A DNA stretch of 64,000 nucleotides, from positions 2,604,001 to 2,668,000 of the forward strand of contig NC_089429.1 of assembly GCF_026210795.1 (NCBI RefSeq). The letters are read 5' to 3'. Each line of letters opens with the position of its first letter. Position 1 is the stretch's first letter. This DNA is from Rhizophagus irregularis. Taxonomy: Eukaryota. Of this stretch, positions 24,464-38,708 are shown one piece after another. A model generated the notes under the pieces. That model ran no database searches. It worked only from the letters and a program-made list of their open reading frames with translations, and was not told where the DNA came from. The position numbers were made by a program, and so were the translations under genes.

Positions 24464-25719
24464 CACGGAAGGTAGAAAAAAAAGAAAAGATAAATATTAC
24501 TCAAATTGATGAATTTACTATTTAGTGATAAATAAATCATTAAATTTATCATACCATGAGTTTATAAATTTCTGCGCCACGGCGTAGTAAATTAATAAAT
24601 TAATAATTAATGCGGTATCTGTATCTCCGGGATAAAGTTAATAATGATCATCAAATGTTTTCTTAATTTATGTGGTGGAAATCGTATGGATATATTTATA
24701 TATTTTGTACTTTTGTAATTTTGTTGAATTTTACCGTTTTCAGCGTGGAATCTACAAGATAAAGGTTATTCCCTAATAAAATATTAATTCGTTTTTTAAT
24801 TCGTCTACGATAAAAAGTATGAATCATCTTTTATGTAGTGTGATATTACTTTAATTTGTGTTAAGAAATGTACAAATAGCATTATGAAAAAGTGTAAAGA
24901 TTGTTTGCTTTAAAGTAAACAAATCCGCATACAATAGTTAAAAATATATACATATACTTATTTTTACAAGTTTAAAGTGATCGAAGACTAACTTTTTATA
25001 TTAAGTTAAACCAATCGTTTATTTGTGCATTTCAAAAAAAGACCCTTAAGTTGTTAGTACAATAAATTAAGATTGTAAAATGGTTTCTTTTTACAGAAAA
25101 AGTGTAACTTTAATTTTTCGTCTAAAAATTTTACCTTAACGAACCTTTTTTTTTTTGAAGTTTAGATCCGCTCTTTCCTGAAAAAAAAAACTTTTTTCAT
25201 TCCCTATAATTATTAACCCTTTTCAAATACTTAATTATAAAATTTCGACTTCCATCTTTTTTTTTTTTTTTTTTTTTAAAAAAAAAAGTAATAATAATTT
25301 TCATTTATATAAATATATAATACATATTATTATTATTTAGTTTGTTTCTTTCTTTTAACGTTTATCCTAATATAATATTAATATATAATCGGGTTATCGC
25401 TCTTCTTCTTACACGAATACTAATTTGAAAAAGTTTTTTTTTTTTATTTTATTGGAACTTCTTTTTTTCCGTAAAAGTTGTACATATATCAATTCTTATC
25501 ATTATCGTTCACAAAGCGAGCAGGCTCGTATTCATTCATACATATAATAATAATAACACAATATACATAGAAATTAATAAAAATCACAAAAAAAAGCATT
25601 TATTCATCTTATTTCATTCATTCACTCATTTGCAAGCGTTAGATAGATCATTGACTCTTAGGTTATTGTAGAGATCAAAAAGCTTCAAATTTTATCATAG
25701 CTTTAGATTCGTCTACCTA

Positions 25720-28700
25720 ATGAATTCCTTTGAAAAAAGTCCCGAAAAAACCTCGGTACAAGTAGGTAAGGTTATCAAATTACAATATACAGTGAACTAT
25801 TTCTTTTTTTATTTGCTAAACTTCTTTTTTCAAAAATATTCGATAAAAAAAAAAATTAATTAAACTAATTTTTTTTCTATAAGCACTTCGCATAAGACCT
25901 ATAACAAATGAAGATACAAATTTACCGACACGCTTTCAACGTCAAGTAATTACGACATCTCCACATACTTCAAATCAAGTTATTGTACATCAAAATGATA
26001 AAAAATCACAAACATTTACCTTCGATCATGTATTTGGTCCGGAAACGATGCAACAAGAAGTATTTGATAATGCGATATTAAATTTAATAGACCAATTTTT
26101 AGAAGGTAGTAATCAAAAAATTTTTTTTTTTTCGGAAGTTTCCAAGGGAATTAAATTATTTTTTGCCGCACTTATGAAAATTAATTAATTTTTTTTATTA
26201 TTTTTTAAATTATTATTATTATTTTTTTTTTAATCGTAAAGGATATAATGTAACAATTTTAGCATATGGTCAAACTTCATCAGGTAAAACACATACGATG
26301 GGAACAAATGATAATTCTTCTATATCATCAGAATCTAAAGGAATAATTCCTCGTGCTATGGAGACACTCTTCTCTCTTATGAATTTTTCCCAATATAAAA
26401 TGAGACAATTTACAATCAAAGTTTCATTCGTTGAAATTTATAATGAAGAATTAATTGATTTATTGGGTGAACAAAATGTTGATGGAGAAAGGCCTCAAGT
26501 AATGATTCGAGAAGATTCAAAGGGAAACATTCTTTGGAGTGGATTACAAGAAATAAAAGTTAATAATGTCGAAGAAGTTATGACGTGAGTACAATGATCT
26601 TTCTTTTTTTTTAAAAAAAAAAGTAATTTATCTAAAAAATTTCATATTCCCACATTATATAGTACTCTAGCCCGTGGATCTTTAAATAGACAAGTTGGTT
26701 CTACGGACATGAACTCACAATCTTCTAGATCACACGCTATATTTTCAGTTGTCATGTCACAACAACAGAAATCATTAAGTTCACCAATGTCTCCAACTAA
26801 TAGTAATTCTGGAACACCACGAATGAATGGATCTCGTCCTCCATCAAGAACACAACAAAGGATGAGTAAACGTTTAGATGATGTTGAAAATATGACAATA
26901 ACGAGTAAATTCAATTTTGTGGATTTGGCGGGTAGTGAACGAGTAAGTTGCTTAGATATAATTTATATTATTATAATGATCATTATATATTTAATATATA
27001 TGTTTTTTTTTTGTAGCTGAAACGTACTTCCGCAGTTGGAGATCGTGCGAAAGAGGGTATTTCGATTAATTCGGGTTTATTAGCTTTGGGAAATGTAATA
27101 TCTGCCTTAGGAGATCCTAATAAAGCAAAACACACTACACATGTACCATACAGAGATTCTAAACTTACTCGTCTATTACAAGATTCTCTTGGTGGTAATG
27201 CACGCACATTGATGATCGCATGCGTTTCACCAACCGAGTATAACTTAAATGAAACTATAAATACACTTAAATATGCTAATCGAGCACGTAATATTAAAAA
27301 TTCAGCAACTATAAATCAAGAAGAAACGGGATGGAATGATTTAGAACATTTACAATCTTTAGTGATGAAACTTAGATCAGAAATTAAATCTTTAAAATCT
27401 AATTCGGAAAATTTTTATGATGATACGTACGCGATTGAATCCGGTCGAAGTACTCCAATTAATTTTCAAAGAGGAGATAGTTCTAAAAGATCATCTCTTA
27501 ATAATGTTGAAACAAAAAGTTCTTCAAAAAAGAACAAGGATATTGATTTATTAGAAGACCAACTTCGAGATTTGCAACGTTCTTATTCCGAACTATCACA
27601 AAGATATGCCATGACAAGTGCCGAACTTGCTTTACATCAAGATATCGATTTAACAAAACCCAATAATGGACAATCATCAAATCAATTGGACGTTATCAAA
27701 GAGGAAGAAGAAGATTTGTCATCATCTGCTGAATTTCGAAAAGCTGTAGAACCTATAATTGAAGAATATGAAAAATCTATTACTTCACTTGAAAGTCAGC
27801 TTGCCTTATCACGTGCTGCCGCAAGTCATACCGAAACCATCATGCAAGAACAAGAGGGTAAATTAGAATACGCTGAACAAATTAATGATCAGAACTTTAA
27901 TTTAATAAACGATCTTAGGGGTAAAGTTGCAAATTTTAGTCAACGTGAAACTGTGAATGAACAATATATTAAAGAGCTTGAATTCCGGCTTGAAAATTAT
28001 ACCAAAGAACAAAATAAGGATCAAGAAAAGATCAATGAATTAAAAAATATTATTTCTCAATTGAAAACGAATGGAACTAATACTCAATGTTATATTACTG
28101 AACTGGAAACACGTCTTTCATCTAGTGATCAACAAGTTACAAAATTTGAGGAGACTGTTGAAAAACTTGAAATAAAGTTACAACAAAGGGAGGAAGCTTT
28201 TCTTGAGTTAGAATCAAAAATGAAATCTTCCTATACTGAAGAAGACATGAGATTATTAAGAGATGAACTTGAAGAACGTGATCATAGAATTTTGCAACTT
28301 GAAAAGAAAGTTGATGAACTAGTACATGAATTAGAATTATTAAGAAGATTAAAAGATAATGGAAGTAAAAATGACACTGATTTAACGTCACATTCTTCAA
28401 CGTCGCTTAATTCAACATCCACGAATAATCAAGAAAAATTAATTATTTCAACCCTTGAAACAAAAGTAGAAGAATTACAAAAAGTAAATGAGCAAACTCT
28501 AATTGAGTTTGATGATATCAAAACTAGATATGAAGGATGTTTACAAGAAATTCATGAACTTCAAAATCAACTGATTGAGGCAAGACTGAATCATTCGGAT
28601 TTATTCGATTCTTCTCCTTCTAGTCCAACAACTCCAATGTCTCCATCAACGCCATCTCCCAATTCTTTAAGAACGCCTACATTACATCGTAGGGCTATAT

Positions 28701-31700
28701 CCTTATCAACAGAGATGAATAATAAAGAGAAGAAAGATCTTACTCATGAAGCAGTTGTTCAAAAACTTATGAAAGAAATTCAGCAACTTGAATTATTATA
28801 TGATGATAAATCGAATGGTTTGGAAGTTTTTAAACAAGGATTCGCACGTTTAGAGATTACTCATCGAGAAACTTTGGAAGTTGTAGAAGAACTTCGGGAA
28901 GAAATAAAGAAACGTGATACATTAGCTCAATTGGAGGTTATGTCAGTAATTACGCATAATAATGGTGATATAAATGAAATAGCTGAAATTGATGAAAATG
29001 AAATAATAAAACGTCTACGTGAAGAGGTAGAAAATCTTCGAGAAGAACAAAAATGTGTGCTTGAATCTATTTCTGAACGTGAAAAAGAAATTCGTGAAAA
29101 AGGTATCCAAGTTGTAAAATTAGTATCAAATATCCGTGAACTTCGCGAGAAATTATGTCTAATAATTGAAGAGGATCAAAAGAAAACAGATGAAAACAAC
29201 GAAGAAAATAAAAACCTTATTAACGAATTACAAACTAAAGTTAAATATTTGGAACAGCAACTTGAAAAAGCACAAGAAGAACATAAACAAAATGATTCCT
29301 CAGAAAAGTCAGAAAATAATCAAGAGCCTCAACAGAAACCGGAAGAGGAAGCTGATGAAGAGATTATTGCTCTTAAATTAAAGGTAGAAAAACTCCAAGC
29401 TGAAATTGAAGCAAAGAGCCATACAATCGCGGTCCTTTTACTACCAACTGTTGAATTACAAGATAAAATTCGTAATTTAGAAATTGAACTTCATGAAGTT
29501 AGACAGATTCATCGCAAAGCTCTTGAGGAGAAGAATAGCATAGTAATAACCAATTCTGAAATGACTAAGGAAAATGAAATTATAACCCCAGATGAAAACA
29601 TTAAAGAATTAGAAGATAAAATTCAAAAACTTGAAAGTCAGTTAACAAAAGCCAAAGAAGCACAATATTTACGAACTTCACGAATTACAATGAAACCCAC
29701 ACGAATAGCTCTTGAGAATCTTCAAGAAAACCTTTCAATACAAAATGAACAAAAATTAATGATAGAGTTGCAATCTGAACTTGATAAACTTAAGTCGGAT
29801 ATTAAAGAGAAATATGAACTTATTGAAACTTTGAAAAAAGATTTAGTTGATAAAGACGTTATACAACAAAAATTAAGTGAAAAGGAAGCTGAAGCATCAT
29901 CATTAAGATTACAGCTTTCTGAGATTAAGAGTCGCGATGAAGAAATGCAAAAACAAATGAAACAATTTCGAATTGACATGGAGAAACTTGAAAGTAATAA
30001 AGGTACCAATGAAGCTTTACAATCCGAGTTAGAAAGCGTAAAGAAAGAACTAAGAAATTCTAAAGAAAAAGAATCTTTTGCGATAGAACGTTTGAAAATG
30101 TTGGATGCTGAAGAAACGAAAATCCGACAAGAAATGAAACGTTTACGTCATGTTGAACTTTTGCAAAAGGAAAGAATTACAGTTTTAGAATCTCGATACT
30201 CAAGACAAAGTTTTGGCCGGTTTAATGATGATGTTTTCAAATTAAAAAATGAATTAATGACATCAAAAGAAACAGAAAGTTTACAACAGAAGAAAATTAT
30301 TGACCTTGAATCGAAACTTGAAAAATCAATAAAGGACTATAAATCGTTAAGGACGAAGATTGATTATGTTAAATCCAAAATATTAGCGAACCGTAATATT
30401 ATTGAAAAGGAAAATCAATTAGCTAATGAAACGTCAGTTAAGACAAAAAAATTAAGAGAAGAAATTGAAAATTTACGTGCCCAAGAAACTAAAAATCTTA
30501 AAAAAATTGAAACTCTTGAAGCTCAATTAGCTCGTGCACAAAAGGACAATGATGTTACTCCACTAAAAGATGAACTATCTGAATTAAGAAAAATTAAATC
30601 TAATTTAGAGAGGACAGTTCAAAATCTAGAATCTAAGCTTTCAATAGCACAGAAAGAATCTGAAAAATTGGAAATGATTAAAGATGAGATTAAACTATTA
30701 AAAGAATTAGATTCAGATCAAAAGTCTACTATTGAACGATTACAACTTCAACTTCAAGAAACGACTCTTTCCAAAGATTCTCTTACCAAAGAATTAGATA
30801 GTGTTAGAAAAGATCTTGGTTCACAAATTTCTACATTAGAAGATGAACTTAAAGATGCGAAAGTTGAATTAAGTTTAGAAACCGAAAAATACGATTCCAG
30901 TACGAAAAAACTTGAAGATTTATCCAAAACATTGAAAGATACACAAGACGAGGGAGATAAGAAGATCAAAAAATTGGAAGGTGAAATCGAACAATTAAGA
31001 ACTTCTGGACAGAAAGATATTATTACACTTCGAAATCAATTAACAAGTTCTAAACTTGAAATGGAAACACAGAATGAACTTATGGCAAAACTTGGAAAGA
31101 AGATAAAGAATATCGAAAAAGAACGAGATCAATATGTTTTACGTAATAAAGAGTTAACAGAGATTCTCGAATTTAAGGAAATAGAACAAAAAGAAGCAGT
31201 TTCAAACTTAGAATCCATCATAAGAAATCTTCAAATGCAACTCGTTGAAGCAGAGAATGCATCACAAATTGATATGAAAACAATCAAAAGACTTAGGGAT
31301 AAACTTGCTACAGTCGAAGCACAATTGAAAAGGGCAAAAGTTACAGATCAAAAACGTACTCAAGTAATAAGTGAACTTGAAAGTAATTTAAAGGAAATAA
31401 ATTGTACTTTGATTGAAAAAGAACAAACATTGTCTACACAAAATGCCCTTATTCAAGAGCTAGAAGAGACTGTTCAAAAGATTCAAGCTAAGCTTGAAAA
31501 TGCAAAAAAGTCTAAAGATACTGAATACGAACGTGTTAAAGAATTAGAGTTGAAACTTGATGAATTTAAAATTAAATATGAAGGAAGTAATTTAGACGAA
31601 CTTAATGATAATTTGAACAAAATTAAGAATGAGCTTGAAAAAGTTAGAAATTCTGAAGCTGAAAAAACAGAACTAGTTAAATCACTTGAATCACAACTCA

Positions 31701-33628
31701 AAGAAGCAATAATTAATAGGGATCAGGAAATTTCTAAACTTCAGGAAGCAACTGCTGAAATTGAAGTTCTTAAGAAACAATATGAACAATTAAAAAATCA
31801 AATTAGTGAAAATGATGATTCATCTTTACAAAATAATAATACAGATAATTCTAGTATAATTGAAAATTTAACAAATCAGCTTAAAGAGGCTAGAAATGAA
31901 TCAAAAATGCATCGCGAACGTGTTGAAGAATTAGAAAATATAACAAAACAACTTGAATCCGATAAATCAGATCAAATGAAAACGAATGAAAATTTATTAC
32001 AACAAGTCGAACAACTTCAAAAGGAACTAGGTTCTCTAGCGGAAGAATTTTCTGATCCTAACACAAAACATGAAGACGCTGATGTGCTTTCAAATGAACA
32101 AAAGAAACCGGAAAATGACACAAATAAAACAAAATCAAGACGTTCAATAATTTTTAACAGGAATTTATCTCTCAAAAAATCAAAAAACAAAGATGATGAA
32201 TCATCTAATTTAGCATTTGCAAAATTAACTGAAGTTAATAATAGTCTACGTAAAACCAATGAAAATCTTACATCAAAAATTATACAAGCTCAAACTCGAA
32301 TGAATGCCTTAAGTGAAAAGATTAAACATTTGGAAAGTGAGCTTATGAGTATCAAACTTTTCGAAAATGATGCTTCTAATAGCGATGGATCAGTCAAAAA
32401 TCTTAAAGAAAAGATCCGAGAACTTGAAGCCGAAAAAGAAGGTTTGGAACAAGCTAATTCTGTGTCTAATGAAGAACGAAGTAAACTTGATCAAAAGATA
32501 AAATCTTTGTTAGAACAATTAGAGTCAGTAGGAAAAGGTGGAAATGAAACCGCTTTACAACTTTCCGCATTAAATAACAAAATAATTGAACTTGAAAATG
32601 AAGTATCTAGTCTAAAACAACAATCTACAACAAACACAACAGAAATGGAAAAAGAAATTTCAAAATTATTGGAAATTAATGATAAATTAGGAAAAGAAGT
32701 TCAAAAAAATGAAATCAAGAATACCGTAAAGCGCAATTCAATGCCAACTCAAGAATCGGAACCAACCTCCCCTACACGTCCAAGAACCACAAGCCTTGAC
32801 GGTTCATTACAAACAAAACTGTTGCAACAAGAAAATGCTATTATGGAACAAGAAAATCTTATTAAAATTCTTAGAGAGAAAATATTTGAACTTGAAACTC
32901 GCACAGATGATGATTCATCATATGATGCATCTTCAAACAGTGGAATGCTTGATCTTGACGCTGTCGGTGCCGTTGGTGGTTTCCGCAGATCGGCATCAAA
33001 TCTTTCAGAAACTGCGAAGAAAAAGAATAAAAAATCAAACGTTGCTTCAGTTGCGAATTATCCAATGACTCCTCCACCAACACCGCCACCATCTCATTCT
33101 TTATCATCGTTACTAATGGCAAATTCACCAACAAGTCCAGGTTCAAGGTCACCCACACATGGATTTGGCGCACTTAGTCCACCTCCAAGAAATTTTAACT
33201 CGCCTACACCTGGCTTTGACATTAATAATGCTCAGCCGGCAGAACTTGTGCAAGAGATTCAAAAATTACATAGAAAAATTGTCAAGATAGAAGGTGATAA
33301 TATCGAAAACAGCGATCACATCGGAAATCTAGAGAGTTCATTGAAGGAAAATGAAACAAATCTACGCGTTGCAAAACAACAATTGCAAATATTGCAGCGC
33401 GAAAAGACAGATCTTTTAGATCAAATAAAGAAATTGAGATCACAACTGGATGAGGCCACCGCATTATTTGAAAATGCGAAATCATCTGTACAAGAAGAAA
33501 AGAAAGTTATAGAAAATGTATTGGAAGAAGAAAGAAGAGCAAAAGAAAACGCTGAAAAAGCGAGACGGCAGCTTGAAAACCAAATGGAAGAACTTATGGC
33601 TAAGAGAAGCAAATTCATGTGCTTCTGA
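25720..33628 (+). CDS. Kinesin (kinesin-4/KIF21-like motor with very long coiled coil), ~2500 aa, 5 exons
   Basis: Exons 25720-25765, 25884-26105, 26242-26584, 26663-26942 and 27017-33628 splice in frame (GT-AG); motifs [49 protein letters not shown]; ends KRSKFMCF. Confidence 0.95.
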
Positions 33629-34717
33629 AATTATTATATTCTTTATTATAATTTTATTTTTTTTTTAAAAAAAAAGAAAAAAATTTTTATTAATTGATAA
33701 TTCATTCTTAGGATTTTTCTTTTTTTAGTAATTAATATAAACAATAATTTAGTAATTTAAATTTTATTATCTACTTTTATTTATCCGTTTTTTTTAAAAA
33801 AAAAATAAAAATAAAAATATCTCATTATTGAATTGTACAGTAATTTGAAAATTAGTATTTATCATTTCATTGACTATTATTTTTATATTATATAAAAACA
33901 GTATTTATGTAATTGAATACTTATCTTACAAAATAAAATGTGTGGCAAACCAAGTAAACAACATATCACAGAATTCAAATGCATACAGTTCTCCTCAAAG
34001 AATAGAAATAAAAAAGGTAACACTTGACGGACGGACACGAAAATCCAATAGCGGTATGGCAGGCTAAATTTGGTATAGTGTAAGATGTCTTGGCATGTTC
34101 CAGTTTGATTATTATAAATTAGTTTTAATTGGTATATTTATTCTTAAAATGATGAATTATAAAAAAATTTAATTATTATATAGTAGTACCGGATGTACCG
34201 GATGCCAAGACATGATCTTCCACATGCGTATTTATTTATGTGACAATTTTAAAAAAAATTAATATTTGAAAAAAATAAACAGACACAGAATTTGATCAAA
34301 AATTGAGAAGCAGATTTTCAAATTTTTTTTTTTTTCGAAAGAAGTTACTTCGGTTAAGGATTATCAATACTAATCGAAACCAACAAATTAATATTTTAAA
34401 TTCGGATTTTATAACTAAATCAAAATATCTTGAATATCTTGTTAACTAAAAATATCGAATGACTCCTTTTTTTCATATATCAAAGTCGTGAAACGTTAAA
34501 TTTAACCCCTCAAAAAAAAAAAAACCAACAATATCGAAGATCATTTAAAATAATTTCTTAAATTGATTTAATTATTTCTTTATTAGTTCTTTTTTTTTCA
34601 TAAAATATTAATTACGTATAATAAAAAAAAAAAATAAATCCTTTACGTATTAATAAAATAAGTATTGAAGTCTATAAATTATTTTTGTGTCATATAATTA
34701 ATTCTATTATACATAAT

Positions 34718-36514
34718 TTATTTTTCAACATCATCATCATCATCATCAAACTGATTATTATGCACTAAAAGTGAATTAAATTCATAATTATTTGATGTTG
34801 GAGAATCTTGATTTGTATTCAAAACGGTACGTCCAGTTTGTGACATTGAATTATTGAGTGGAAGTGTATTATGATTATTAGATAATTTATCATATTTTTC
34901 ATAGTTTGGTTCGCCATCATTTTTTCCTGATCTCCAATAAAGATCAATAAGTAAATTGACACCAAGGAATATAAGGAAAGAAATTGCGACGTGAATTAAA
35001 CTATAAGAATATGGATCAATGATTTCAGCATCCAAATAATAGATTTGCTCCTCATTCGCTCCCATGAACAACAAACCGGAGAGAATCAAAAGCTGTTTAT
35101 GACATAAAAAATTTTATTAATATTTTGGCATAACCACCTTTAAAGAACATAAAATGAATTATTATATTTACGTATGGAGGCAATTGTTGGAAAATCTTGA
35201 TTGGTCCATTATTTTTTGCAAAAAAGCAAACTTCAACTATTCTCGCCAATCCTGCACTCATTAATGCATAACCAAAATTTGCATGAAGTTTGGTGGATGT
35301 TTCCGATGCTTGGCCATGAGCACTCATGGCGAAACCGGTAAAAAAGATTATGAGTCCTGGGATGATGCTTCTCTTTCCATTTCTTGAGAGATAAATTCCA
35401 ACCATGCCACCAGCCCACCACATTATTCCAAGTGCAGTATGTTGATAATCTTTATGGGACCATGGCTTTAAAAAAAAAGAAAAAAAAAAAGATTAATTTA
35501 ATAAATATTGTAATAATTAAATTGATTTATTTTCATTAAACACTTACTGAGTTCCATCTAAGAAACAAATCAGATGCAATAAAAGAATTTATCGTGAGTA
35601 AAAGATATTATTATAAAATCAATATATTTAAATACAAACCTGTGTTCTGTCCATGTGTTTACGAATCCCCAAACTGTAATCATGCAACTATCAAAATAAT
35701 CTTGTGATTTACCCTTGCTTCGAAGCCATTCACTTCCAAACCTTAAGGACAATATCAACAAGATACCATAACCAATAAATGAAGATCCCATAATAAAATG
35801 TGCAAGACATTGACCTATATGATCGTCTCTATTAATTTTTTTTTTTTTAAAAAAAAAATAAATAAAATAAAATTTATTAATAAAAATATTCCGATTTTAT
35901 AACACAAAAAATTTCTACTCACCGACACCATCCAACTGCAGTTATAACCCCGAATACCATTTGTATATAACCAATAAAAGGTACAATTATTCCAATGATC
36001 TGATGGAATTTAACAGCAATTGGTCTAATTCGTTTATTAAACCCTTTTTCTAAATGTAATTTTAAGTATATACCAAGAATAATTTGACAGGTCAAAGTAA
36101 AGATAACAGTCGAACCAAAAGCTCTATGAACATTATCCCCACTAAATTCTCTTCCTTCATGAGCATGACCAAGGATAAAGCCAATCAATACTAATACTGC
36201 TCCTGATATTTGAACGGGAACATGCCACCTAGATTTACTAATTCCCAAAACCATACCTTTTTAAATTTAGAATAATGGTTATTTGTTAGGATCAATTAAA
36301 ACAAAGTTTTTATTTTTTTCTTTAAATATATTTTCATACCTGTTGGGAATATTATCCCAAACGCTAAAAACATAAAAAGTATATGCGTCCATAAGGTTCC
36401 GTCAATAGGATCATTAGTTGCACCAACACTCAAAATTTCGTGAGGATGTGCATAAACGTTCCTTAATAAAAGTGAAAGGGCTATGGAAGAAGAAATAAAC
36501 TTTGATAGAGTCAT
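34718..36514 (-). CDS. YTP1: YTP1-like multipass membrane protein (cytochrome b561-like N-terminus), multi-exon
   Basis: Signal-like N-terminus, HILFMFLAFGIIFPTGMVLG..SRWHVP, GQCLAHFIMGSSFIGYG, NTWTEHRW..PWSHKDYQHT, MWWAGG, FMGANEEQ. Confidence 0.85.
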
Positions 36515-37226
36515 TTTAATTAGAATCGTCTCAAATATTTTAAGATCAAAAAAAAAGGTTTATCTCAAAATACCGAATAAGTGCATTTATTTATATATAA
36601 GTCAAGTTCTGAAAAAGTTTGCAATAAAACTTCCAATCAAATCACATTACGAAATTACAAAAAAATCAGTTCCAAAAAAGTAAATCCAATAAATATTCTA
36701 TTTATATTTCCGTTTGTTCCACGATTTCCTACAATCAAAAACCAGCAGCCACAATACTCGTACTACATAAACTGCATAAATGTGCACGTGGCGTATTCAC
36801 ATCTCACGTGATATATTATGTTATGATAAAAAAATGTAAATATATTTAATTGACTTTTGAAATCTTTTTAATCTTTTTGTAAACTATACAAATTATATTC
36901 TAAAAACTGAAAAGATGTAACTTCAGTTTTAGGTTCTTAATAAACTATCCGGTAAATAAAATAATACAATAATACATTAAAATATTAATCAAAGAATTCT
37001 TTTTTTCAATATTATATATGTCGGAATAATACAGTTCATATATTACACATCTCCGGACATAGTAAAGAAAAAATGATTGGGGAAATCGAATTATTATATA
37101 CAATAGTTTACTATGTCTGTAAATAACACGGAAATTTTAAAATCTTGCAATTCAGCAGGAGTTAGAAGATTTTCGAGAATGATACATTACGATTGAAGGT
37201 GAACTTAGAGGTCGTGCATATCCATT

Positions 37227-38550
37227 TTATTTTATAAGTAGTCCACATTTATTACCTTATGGTATCAAAAATACACGAAATTAATATTACGAAAGTATGT
37301 AAATTTAAAAAATATGCATTATGACATTCATAATATAAAAAACTTACAAAGTGAGGAACTTACAAAGTTTTTGACCTTCCAGTCCTCTCCAACAAGGAGA
37401 ATTACGTGTACCGCAATTGTAACACGCGAATTCTTGTTCTGGACGTTGTGATCGCATAAGACGGATGGTTCCGTCCGGAGCAATTTCTGTCGGACGATGA
37501 ACTCCTTTGTTTTTTAAACTTTTAATAAATATAATAATTTATACATTACATTATAAATTATTATATATTATAATAAATTAACTACATAGAAATTTTGAAA
37601 TTTTAAACCTACTAAAGTCCACAAGCATTACATAGCAAAGCGATTCCATGCAAATCACGTCTCCAAGCAGGAGTATCGAATACTCCACAATTTGAACAAT
37701 GGGCGATCTCACCCTGACGAATTCCATCGGTAGAAGTGGGAGATGACAAGGAAGGAAACATATGTGAATAATCAGATTCTGGTTTTCTACCTCTTTTTTT
37801 CTTCCCCTTATTAGGATGTGCTTCTGTCAAGATCATATAATCTCTCGTGACTAATGGAGCATTGGACACACGATTTTCTCCAGATATCTGCTGCGCCAAA
37901 TTTTCATATCCCAAAGCAGGTGTGCTTCCAGAAATTGTTCCATAGTAAGATGGTATATGGCAAGCCGTTTGTGTTTGTACAGCTTCTTCATTCCAATACA
38001 ATGCTTGACAATTTGAAACTGGATTATTCCCAACAGGTAAAGATGATGTATAAGGTTGAACGTAATGCATTGTCATGTTATTGTCATAATTCAATAAACT
38101 TGGATCAATTCTGGAGGTTGAATTTGAAGGAAAGGCCATTACATAATCGGGATTATTCAAGGAATAATTTTGATTTCCGTTTCCGTTGTTACTCAATAAG
38201 GTAGCTTGAGGAATATATTGATAAAAGTTTGGATAATATGCCCTTTCATTTAAATTAATTTCATTATTATTTTGTTCAAAATATCCTTTGATTGGTTTAT
38301 AGGACATATTTTGTTCTTCAGTTGGAACGTTTGGAACCTTGTAAGTGATTCCTTCAACAGTTGAAGAAGAATTGGATATAGGCGAGAAACCCTTAACAGC
38401 CTTAACGGTTTTGACAGTGTTAACGGGAGAAGTTACGAAATTGTCTTGATTCCGCGTATATCGCTGATATTTGATTTTACAGCCGTTAAATTCATTCGAC
38501 GTATTTTTTATCTCTTCTACCGTTTCTAAATATTCTTTATTTCTTGACAT
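37227..38550 (-). CDS. GATA zinc-finger transcription factor with two fingers (3 exons); stop right after finger 2
   Basis: Finger 1 CSNC-X18-CNACGLYLKNKGVHRP; exon 2 gives finger 2 CYNC-X16-C; exon 3 reads CNKCGLLIK*NGYARPL. Confidence 0.8.
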
Positions 38551-38669
38551 TCGTTAAAGTTAAAAAAATCTAAGCAATATAGAAAAAGAATGTATAATCA
38601 GAACAAGGAAACTTTTTTTTGTTCTGTAATTATAAATTAGACTCGTAATAAAATTAAATAAACTCACAA

Positions 38670-38708
38670 TAACTACAATAACTACAATAACTACAATAAC
38701 TACAATAA
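38670..38708. repeat. 9-bp minisatellite (aactacaat)n upstream of the GATA gene
   Basis: About four perfect copies plus one degenerate copy. Confidence 0.8.

Noticed and set aside
27498..33618. Many antisense and alternative-frame ORFs within the kinesin
   Set aside because: Shadows of coiled-coil codon bias
34085..34213. 12-bp inverted repeat atgtcttggcat
   Set aside because: Too short, no TSD; possibly an old MITE but unsupported
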